From: Methanobacteriota archaeon
GTDB taxonomy: Archaea; Thermoplasmatota; Thermoplasmata; SG8-5; JACRNV01
NCBI GenBank assembly: GCA_016214785.1
Contig: JACRNV010000001.1
Span: forward strand, 240 to 64,239
Direction: 5' to 3'
DNA length: 64,000 nt
In this document: positions 26,801 through 28,875 of the stretch, one piece after another
Numbering within the stretch: position 1 is the stretch's first letter
Layout of the letters: each line of letters starts with the position of its first letter
The notes under the pieces: model-generated
Databases searched by the model: none
Told to the model about the DNA's origin: nothing
The model's input: only the letters and a program-made list of their open reading frames with translations
Program-made: the position numbers and the translations under genes

Positions 26801-28815
26801 GCGCGAACGTTTCCGTGATCGCGGGGCCGGTCGATAACATCGTCGTGACCCCGGACCCTGTGAACGTCATAGTCAACGGCGTGTTGGCCTTCACGGCGAC
26901 GGCCTACGACTCTTACGGCAACACGGTGGCAGGCGCATCGTTCGCCTGGTCGGCCAACATCGGCTCCATCGATTCCTCCGGCGTCTTCACAGCCCCTCCG
27001 ACCGTTACCATAGGCGGGGTCACTGCGACCAACGGCACGGTCTCGGGCTCCGCGAGCGTCTCTGTCATAGCCGCCACGGTCGACCACATTGTGGTCACGC
27101 CAGACCCGGCAACGGTGGCGGTGGGCGGCACGCAATTATTCGCCGCCACAGCCTACGACGCGCTCGACAACGTCATCTCGGGCGTGCTGTTCGCTTGGGG
27201 CACCGACATGGGGACGATCGACGCCGCGGGCAAGCTCACCGCCAGGACGACCCCCGGCTCGGGGACGGTCACGGCCACGAACGGCTCCGTCAGCGACTCT
27301 GCCGTCGTCAATGTCATGGTCGGCCCGATAGACCACATAACAGTGGCTCCCAGCCCCGTGACGGTAACTGTCGTGGAGTGCCAGCAGTTCACGGCGACGG
27401 CATACGACGCATATGACAACCTTGTCTCAGGCGCTGTGTTCTCATGGAGCACGAACGTCGGGTTGATAAACTCCACCGGCTACCTTACAGCGCAGATGAC
27501 GCCGGGGGCCGGATGGGCCCGTGCAGCGAGCGGGGGCGTTACGGGCAGCGCCTCGGTGGATGTGGTCCCTGGCGCGATGAATCACATCGCCGTGACGCCG
27601 GACCCGGTCAACGTTATCATAAACGGCGTCCTGCAGTTCAGCGCCGTCGCCTATGATGTCTATGACAATGCCATCCCTGGAGTTACCTTCCTGTGGTCGA
27701 CAGATGTCGGCTCCGTGACCCCGACTGGCCTCTTCACTGCGCAAGGCTCCGTTGGCACGGGTGTGGTAACTGCCGTGAACGGCTCCTTTTCGGATTCGGC
27801 CCAGGTGAACGTAGTCAACGTTGCGATAAAGAGCATCGTCGTCTCGCCCGACCCCGCTTCGGTTGTGATAGGCGGCTCGACCAACTTCACCGCCACGGCC
27901 TACGACGACTTCGGCAACGCCATATACGGCATAGTTTTCGCATGGTCGACGGACGTCGGCGTCATAGACACGTCCGGCCACTTCACGGCGCAGGCCGTCC
28001 CGGGAGCGGGCTCGGTGACTGCTATGAACGGGTCGGTGACAGGCAGCTCGTACATCTCCGTGGCCGAGCACTCGTTCCAGGTAAGCCTCATCTGGGGCTG
28101 GAACCTCGTATCGCTCCCCCTGATTCAGAACGACACTGACATACGCACCGTCCTCTCCTCCATTGACGGCAAATGGGACAGGGCCATGTGGTACGACCCA
28201 TGGTACCCGGCGAACCTGTGGAAGCAGTACAACGTCAACTGGTCCCCGTCGCTGAACGACCTGACGCAGCTCAACCACACGATTGCCTTCTGGCTGCACA
28301 TGGTCATGAACGCCACGCTCACCGTGTACGGCTCGCTGCCGTCGAACATGAGCATAGCCCTGCACGCGGGCTGGAACATGGTCGGCTACCCCGTCATCGA
28401 CGACAGCTCCTACACGATTGGAATGCTGAGGGCGGAGACTGGCGCGGCAATCGTCGAGGGCTTCGACCGAAACGCCACGTATCTCACGAGGATACTCGCC
28501 GACAACTACGTGATGAAGAAAGGGGAGGGATACTGGGTGTACATCCCGAGCCCGACATTCTGGAACGTGGTCAACTCCATGCCGGGCAACCCGGGCGCTC
28601 CCTCCGGGGGGACCGGCGGTGATAACATCGCCTCATCGACGCCGGTGGGCGCCGACCCCCCCGCGCAGTCATCCTTCGATGGAATCAGGGACGTGGGATT
28701 CGATGGGATGCTCGTGAGCGCGGCCGTCGATGGCACGCTCCTCCTTGCAGCGCTCTCGGTATCGCTTTGGCTCCTGCTCCGGTTGAGGGGATGCCGCCGG
28801 AAAGGGGACGGGTGA
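5866..28815 (+). CDS. Giant (7,649 aa) secreted, C-terminally membrane-anchored multi-Ig surface protein (Big_2 x66, DUF11 x5, VWA)
   Basis: Single uninterrupted ORF. It has an N-terminal signal-like segment (KVLATLILLAMVLPCFSAGAQG) and a C-terminal TM plus basic tail (LLLAALSVSLWLLLRLRGCRRKGDG). Recognisable domain repeats run throughout (see the repeat features). All overlapping off-frame ORFs are Arg/Gly/Asp-rich artefacts. Confidence 0.9.
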   Translation: MSDRERGSGLVTRDSGKVLATLILLAMVLPCFSAGAQGNIAAGGDKYISTPATPSPSWASILCPNGGETFKGGDVCSIGWGVSGVADLAENPIRLYYSIDGGADWTLIAEDEKNDGSFEWALPYLTSQDCLVKVEALGVSGNAAIDASDTAFAIDSTPPSVKVTAPNGGEAWAGGSVREIRWSASDAAGPVSISYSSDGGLEWLAIAAGEPNDGSFGWAVPGVTSRDCLVRVEASDAAGNAGRDASDRAFTIESTCPSVRVLGPRAGEALRGGALCAIEWDAYDNFALGSNPVSIYYSVDGGANWILIAAGEPNDGAYEWKAPAVDAPRCVVKVEVTDSAGKVGSGEGGAFSVSSRVAFNAVTQLAFVPAAAEAVAGIQAALVVQAQNAAGAPEDVAVDTVVQLFTASPTGEFRAAGTPIAVTQVTIPASSSTAPVDYYDETVGATPYTLTAAGAGLANGTCAMRVNVAEPYLIVVSPGTATVIVGTQQQFTAQAFDEYGNEITDATLMWSTDLGVVNYAGTFTAQTAPGNGFVNASLGAATGSALVAVVPSDLHHIEVTPSPATVPVGGTQLFRANAYDIYSNRLYGVGFSWGTNVGSIDASGLFAAQTTPGNGTVIASNGSISGQASVRVAAGAADHITVTPQNETVAVGDEKQYAAVAYDSYGNAIPGVKFIWSTTAGFINSTGYFTAKSTPGNGTVTARNGTLSGSTNVSVKIGRVHRIVVTPGAASIVVAGTQQFSAVAYDMFNNLITDVAFDWASDVGSVDSGGLFTAQTTPGAGFVQAMNSSVVGTANVTVFTGPLDHITVTPANATVKVAYSQQFDATACDAFGNPISGIGFAWTTNVGDINSTGFFTAQTAPATGFVEARNGSLTATAAVQVKAGDVTYIDISPDSATVVVGETLQFSYVAYDAYGNVITDALLFWITNLGVVNSTGFYTAQTTPGYGLVSITSGTVTASANVTVVKGPVHHILVSPNPATVVVGNTRAFSAVACDAYNNTISGVIFAWATGVGSIDSSGFFTAQTFPGLGDVSATNGSITGSAQVIVMPDSLDHISVTPNPASVVAGGTRQFAATGCDRFGNEIAGLTYAWSTDVGSIDAGGLLSAQTTTGSGLVFAANGSISGSAAVNVVPGPVFRIDVVPGPATVTVGSSLQFTATGYDLYNNLIPGMAFDWSTNAGSVDSGGLFTAQTTPGSGYVRALNGSVNGTVQVAVVIGDADHIVVLPNPVSVKVGETQQFSATAYDAFDNVIADAVFTWGTWLGIVNSTGFFTAYTIARVGLVNATFGSVAGSATVEVLADVLDHIVVIPSTVSVTVGFSQAFTALAYDVYNNPISGLTFLWSTNVGVVNFAGLFTARTATGAGYVRAAVGAINGSATVIIVPGPAHHINVVPNPATVPAGEEQQFTATAYDIYNNQIAGAVFSWSTNVGAIDSSGRFTAQGTPAVGNVTATNGTLGKSAKVTVVPGSVDHIAVAPNPVTVVVGGEQSFSAVAYDRFDNVVAGATFIWTTNVGFVDAGGHLTAKTTPGVGVVTAISGTISGFASVTVIVGPLDHIFISPDPATVQVGGGQQFTAVAYDFYNNVLSGVGFAWSIDIGTVTQTGLFSAPIVPGEGTVIASNGSVSGTAQIYIVVGNVNHIIVSPNPATVVVGASQAFSAVAYDVYDNIITGATFIWTTNVGSIGSGGVLTAQTVPGAGFTRARNGSVTGSSAVTVVVGPVSRITVLPNPTTVVVGNTRLFSATAYDSFNNIVPNAVFSWSTNVGAIDSAGLFTAQTSPGIGLVTAANGTITGSANVTVTIGPIDHITVAPNPASVPVGESLQFTAAAYDLYSNPIAGATFTWSTNAGVSVVNSMGYFTAQTTPTAGTVSATSDAITGSANVNVVPGPVAILSVVPDPVTLVVGSTQAFSILAYDAYGNSILNVEAVWTTNVGTVDSSGLLTAQTTPGSGIVTAQNGTVSGYASVTVIKGPLDHIVVSPNPWTMSADASKQFGAAGYDLYDNLIDITPVWAVNGGGAVNATGYFAAHAVGTWTIFANDSGVSGQATITVLHGAAVSIDVTPATATITADDTVLYSATAYDADGNAWEVTTGTVFTHNDPKGGMVQNLYSAGQVGTWTVTGVYSGLTDFASVTVNPGAAALLVMDSPSAVDAGAGFSVSVTVFDGDGNVKTDYLGTVGLGSTDPYPATLPADHTFTLPNAGTYSFTNLILYTRTSQNVTARDTAVPALADTDAIAVRGPAIQPVKLVPEKAEPGNVLLYRIYFNNTGENAAANVWLNDTLPSGVTFIDASDGGSYAAGVVRWVFSGILPGIWSVTANVSANAGLANGVLLTNWAYCNHTLASGARMPETRANATTRIFYLPLIDASKTVERIFKDIVVDPDQWGQCTVANTISYKVNITNLQSITDSVDMDKTSKLGWPIALLNTDWTPLADTNGNSYPDTGNLAPSGGMNSIMVNVTVPYNAIVGQEDISYIIGTSYNDANIVDVAQINTTVIPRAPADVVMTIDNSGSMANIEDQQRWVPMTLDISYWAAGWSQLQVRLYFTSNAAGVSGGWTIDDFEVQGNNNDTRFFDNFDGVPRGWSNLVADQWETGTPIGGTDPPSAPSVPNVLGTDVLSGVDGNNQYPNNALWDAISPAIDVSTDTTVKVKFQSWIAVADTADLCYVEIRNGATAWTRIWGCSKIEVLKYCARDFVAGLDPSDRVAVYSFGGTGNEQVIQSQAFLTMTPANKATTLALLATFTANQNTPIWDTIGTSVSYAMTGGWDSFTPPHTPVVVAMTDGDDWGTGGRETGSETYAPGAPSRATAGNVIRTWETNPRSDGNVWGSPVRTYGSIYRLTTAAPQAWSTFALTGDEATRTGLLNAPCAVFTIGLGCNPQGSNSSAAGYISQTALVVGAPAAVSTTSYAYNFTSEYDLRQVANTSKNGSYYFAPTSSQLDAIYIQIAAAVAQLGGTAAAGAKGTISAGDSLMYKLYYNNTGIGVAADVWVNDTLPSCLQLVASNATWSFVNGQYCWHFLNVAPGTHWFWIEVKIDNTVVDSQNVTNAVYVNCTDAEGNALPGSNDTASVDIDEPILSVEKVANRTSAPPGGRINYTIWYNNTGSSMALYVWINDTFDPNTVYISDSAPVPPVINGNKYSWKVFRVMPGSNYFNITVQVINGAAGGTIIGNLAAAEYTNSNNVKHSGASNSNVVNTSVINTRIDVAKTVDKPISDPGKSLTYTIYFNNTGTDVANNVWINETLPLDVTYVAQTTASNATHTLVSWGVSGRYLWFNFSNVQPGNHWFTIIATVNSGTPDGTWMDNYVNLNYTDDVGFCLPYSSATALSVCGVLNVTKTSDLTVIPSTGTTVIRLTIQVKNCHPTYVINNAKANDTLPPGITFAGNVAASKGSWSWNGTVLNWSVGSLLPLEAATISFDVSITPTGVGTYPINYGAFANGTTDTGYLENATSLALNVTARNAPILDFSLWPSSVISKSVGSFSLNVTNIGTTGGMFYNASNDAIEVRIPSAWGAPSGMSGPASWEYQWNGTTRMLTFYYNGTLYYNWASGTTLAFNFGLQAPATQNHDGFLTNGSIHDSIGTKYGFSKTLYVDSVIGPLDHIVVSPSPVSVPVGGTQAFSAAAYDAYNNQITAATFTWGTNMGSVNATGFFTAGTSAGTGFVSATSGSVTGSATVQVTAGPVHHITVSPSPVSVVVGGTQAFTATAFDVYDNPVSGAAFTWATDVGTINAAGSFTARNATGSGIVNATCGSVVGNASVTLIPAAVYRIVVTPNPATVVVGAGQQFAAVAYDVYNNSIPGVSYAWTTSVGSVNATGFFTAQNAPGAGTVTAASGPVSNYTDVSVVAGPLDHIIVTPDPATVTVGQTRPFAAVAYDVYNNALSGVGFAWSTNMGSIDSAGLLIAQTTPGSGYVSAKNGSVYGNATVNVVAGALDHIVVTPDSVSVVVGTTQQFNAVAYDAYNNQLTGVGFAWSTNVGSIDATGLLTARTTPGSGQVTAANGTKSDFATVDVIVGAIDRISVSPNPATVVVGRTKAFTGTAHDIYNNTIPGVVFTWTTNVGTIDPYGVLTAQTMPGNGTVTATNGSVTGSASVSVVIGPASRIEVTPSSATVVIGDTRQFAAQAFDAYDNPIPNATFIWTTNVGIVNSAGLFTAQTVPANGTVSARVGSVTGSASVEVTIGPVHHIIVLPNPASVAVGGTVLFSAAAYDAYNNPIPGVAFAWSTNVGSIDSFGLLTAQMVPGLGTVSASNGSVVGAASVEIVVGGIYYVTISPSFADVEVGEALLFVATAYDYYDNVVPGAVFTWAADVGSVDASGLFVAQTVPGSGYVTATNGTQSASAAVNVTHGPLDRIAVSPDPVTVPVGAAQAFSATAFDEYGNAIPGVSYVWTTNVGTIDSTGAFTARTTPGTGYVTAANGTISDSATVEVVVGPIDHIVVTPGSISIIVGGNQSFSAVAYDSYNNSIQGVSFVWSTDVGSVDSAGHFTAQTFPGTGLVNASNGTFSGTASVEVDLGPVHHISVSPDPATVTVGTTMAFNATAYDQYNNVIPGVDFLWTTNVGAIDAAGTLTAQTTPRTGIVTARNNTRTYSASVTVVPGAVHHISVAPGTAVVVVGATRSFNATAYDVYNNAIPGVVFSWSTDVGSIDPAGTFTAQTTPATGNVAASNSSVTGSAGVDVIVGPPHHIAVTPNSTAVTAGQGRQFSAVAYDIYNNTIFGATILWSTNVGSINSTGYLTAQTTSATGWAHATCGNATGSADVQVIPEALYRISVTPSPATVVVGQAQQFNATGYDFYNNAIPGMAFAWSTNVGTIDANGSFTARITPGIGTVTAQNGTVSKSVNVTVAIGGIDHIVVVPDPLTITVGASQQFIAVAYDAYNNVLPGATFGWATNVGTINATGYYTAQIVPGAGFVTATNGTVSKTVTVTVVHGPLDHITVMPTPLSITVGGAQDFTATAYDAYSNAISGVGFAWSTDVGTVDVAGHFTASTIPGIGTVTATNGSVSGSAAVTVLVGSIVRISVVPNSVAVTVGSTLAFTAIAFDSFNNAISGVEFVWATDVGSISAGGQFTAQLAPGAGTVTASNGSVTGTSNVTVVVGSIYYISISPLLTSLKVGESRQFTATAYDFYNNVVPGVSFAWTTDVGSISPTGLFTAQTAPGSGTVTATNGSVHNHAIVDVLAGDLHHIAVSPSPVSIVVGGSQQFTAVAYDAYGNALPAVAFAWASDMGSIDSAGLLAARTTTGSGTVTASNGTVSGSANVTLTPGPLHHVIVTPDPVTVIINGLVQFVATAYDSYNNTIPVVAFAWSTTAGAIDSAGNLVAQAFPGSGTVTASNGSFSDSASVEVVNVPIDHIVVVPDPANVTVGTAQAFTAIAFDALNNPISGVLFVWTTNVGAIDQQGRLAAQTTPATGFVMARNGTLTYSTTVNVVPGAVCRVSISPASANVTVGSSIAFTATAYDVYDNAVPGATFAWATNAGTVTGIGIFTAQTTPGAGTVTASNGTASATANVQVAIGPVDHIVVTPDPATITVGAFLQFSATAYDAYNNLVVGAAFSWSTNVGLVNATGYLTAQTAPAAGWVRATASSVVGSASVQVAVGPLHHITVTPSSVNVIVGGSQQFNAVAYDIYGNVIAGAGFTWSTNVGTVDPTGLLAAQSTPGSGFVGAANGSIVGSAAVTVVSVAIDHILVAPSPATVVVGASQAFTAVAYDASNNPIGGVIFTWATNVGAINAAGLFTAQGAPGNGTVTATNGSVTGSAPVSVVSVAIDHIVVSPNPATVAVGGTQSFTATAYDALGNAIPGVLYAWTTGVGAVDQLGFFTAQTHPGIGTVTATNGSVSASAYVNVVPGTLDHIVIVPDPASVTAGGTKAFIAVAFDAFNNVIPGVGFSWSANIGTIDAAGVLSAQTAAATGTVTASNGTVGWSAIVSVIPGPVSYIMVTPNPASVVVGGTQAFAASAYDAYGNAIFGISFSWTTDVGAINSGGLFTAQAAPGSGTVTAANGTVSGSANVTVTGASIDHIAVTPNPVSVVAGGSQAFAAVAYDLYGNAIPGVQFSWATDVGSIDAAGLFIARTLQGLGVVTASNGSVSASATVNVVPGPLDHIFVIPDPAYVIVGGSRAFNAIAFDVYGNAISGVSFAWTTDVGAITAAGAFTAQLVAASGIVTATNGSASYSATVNVLPGPVASIIVSPDPASVIVGGTASFTVVAYDAYGNIVTNAQLAWSTNVGTITTTGLLTAQTVPGAGTVTASNGTVSDSAAVNVLVGALHHIIVSPGPVNVTVGASQPFTAVAYDQYGNVIAGVAFAWGANVGAIDASGVLTARTTPGAGIVTASNGTVGGNANVNIVAGPLHHIAVGPDTANVIVNGLLQFVATAYDVYNNTLTGIGFAWGTDVGTISTTGLFTAWLTPATGTVTATNVSISGSASVTVTNAVVDHIIVMPDPATVVVGGTLAFTAIAYDAFNNAISGITFVWTTDVGTVSSTGVLTAQVTPGAGTVTATYGAVSDSASVAVMIANIDHIVVAPNPVSVEATGTQAFTGTAYDVYGNAITGVSFVWTTDIGTIDSSGLFTARALQGIGHVLAANGTVSGEAHVDVVPGPLDHIVIVPDPAYVVVGGTRAFIAVAFDAYGNALSGMSYVWTTDMGSIGASGLFTARLQTGTGTVTATNGSVSHSAVVYVVPGAIDHIIVTPNPASVVVGGSVAFTATAYDAQDNQISDAIFTWTTDAGSVGATGLLTARTTPGSGTVTATNGTVSGSAIVNVLVGSVDHIAVSPDPVTVVVGSSQQFTAVAYDVYNNVVSGAVFLWATNVGSVVGTGLLTAQTAPGSGTVTASNGTVSSSANVTVVHGVIDHIIVSPSPASVAAGGTKSFTAVAYDFYDNQIEGASFAWSTNVGVMNTTGFYVAQTAIGTGVVTATSGGVSGSAIVNVTPSNLHHITVAPNPATVVVGGTQAFSAVAYDIYNNVISGAGFVWGTNVGSIDGLGALTARTTPAQGTVIAINGSVSGSANVSVIAGPVDNIVVTPDPVNVIVNGVLAFTATAYDSYGNTVAGASFAWSANIGSIDSSGVFTAPPTVTIGGVTATNGTVSGSASVSVIAATVDHIVVTPDPATVAVGGTQLFAATAYDALDNVISGVLFAWGTDMGTIDAAGKLTARTTPGSGTVTATNGSVSDSAVVNVMVGPIDHITVAPSPVTVTVVECQQFTATAYDAYDNLVSGAVFSWSTNVGLINSTGYLTAQMTPGAGWARAASGGVTGSASVDVVPGAMNHIAVTPDPVNVIINGVLQFSAVAYDVYDNAIPGVTFLWSTDVGSVTPTGLFTAQGSVGTGVVTAVNGSFSDSAQVNVVNVAIKSIVVSPDPASVVIGGSTNFTATAYDDFGNAIYGIVFAWSTDVGVIDTSGHFTAQAVPGAGSVTAMNGSVTGSSYISVAEHSFQVSLIWGWNLVSLPLIQNDTDIRTVLSSIDGKWDRAMWYDPWYPANLWKQYNVNWSPSLNDLTQLNHTIAFWLHMVMNATLTVYGSLPSNMSIALHAGWNMVGYPVIDDSSYTIGMLRAETGAAIVEGFDRNATYLTRILADNYVMKKGEGYWVYIPSPTFWNVVNSMPGNPGAPSGGTGGDNIASSTPVGADPPAQSSFDGIRDVGFDGMLVSAAVDGTLLLAALSVSLWLLLRLRGCRRKGDG
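6052..6930 (+). repeat. Three ~98-aa N-terminal beta modules with an Asp-box-like motif
   Basis: The pattern GGE.(W/F).GG....I.W.....-I(S/Y)YS.DGG..W..IA.GE.NDG(S/A)..W..P.V.S..C.V.VEA.D.AGN....SD.AF.I occurs three times. Confidence 0.7.
7270..12255 (+). repeat. Big_2-like Ig array 1: 20 tandem units (17 of 83 aa, one of 85 aa, two divergent of 82/84 aa)
   Basis: Unit consensus is GP.DHI.V.P.PATV.VG..QQF.A.AYD.YNN.I.G..F.W.T.VG.ID..G.FTAQT.PG.G.V.A.NGS..GSA.V.V. Unit starts verified at 7270, 7519 and 11005 (7270+249n); later units start at 11509, 11758 and 12004. Confidence 0.9.
13345..14690 (+). other. von Willebrand factor A (VWA) domain with intact MIDAS, interrupted by a ~168-aa jelly-roll insert (13381-13885)
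   Basis: DVVMTIDNSGSM (DxSxS) ... [insert] ... KIEVLKYCARDFVAGLDPSDRVAVYSFGG ... NTPIWDTIG ... VVVAMTDGDD. Confidence 0.75.
14715..16190 (+). repeat. Four DUF11 (conserved repeat domain) units; a fifth lies at ~12560-12950
   Basis: GDSLMYKLYYNNTGIGVAADVWVNDTLPSCLQLV, GGRINYTIWYNNTGSSMALYVWINDTFDPNTVYI, GKSLTYTIYFNNTGTDVANNVWINETLPLDVTYV, ...NNAKANDTLPPGITFAGNV; the upstream unit reads GNVLLYRIYFNNTGENAAANVWLNDTLPSGVTFI. Confidence 0.75.
16615..28068 (+). repeat. Big_2-like Ig array 2: 46 tandem units, each 83 aa / 249 nt
   Basis: I parsed the translation into 46 consecutive 83-aa units. Unit starts were confirmed on the DNA at 16615, 16864, 21346, 23089, 23836, 24583, 25330, 26575 and 27820, all equal to 16615+249n. 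Confidence 0.9.
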
Positions 28816-28875
28816 AGGGAAGCGCCCTCAAGCTGCGACAAAATGTGAATCGCAAACGGCCAAAGGGGCCGGAGC

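Noticed and set aside
7270-28068. Whether the highly periodic repeats could be a CRISPR array or satellite DNA.
   Set aside because: The period is 249 nt and fully coding in one frame. The units are diverged with no repeat/spacer alternation, and no cas genes are present. These are protein-domain repeats.
28690-28815. Possible PGF-CTERM/archaeosortase sorting signal at the C-terminus of the giant protein.
   Set aside because: There is no PGF (or similar) tripeptide before the TM. The pattern is simply a TM plus a basic tail, as in the CARDB and NosD-like proteins.
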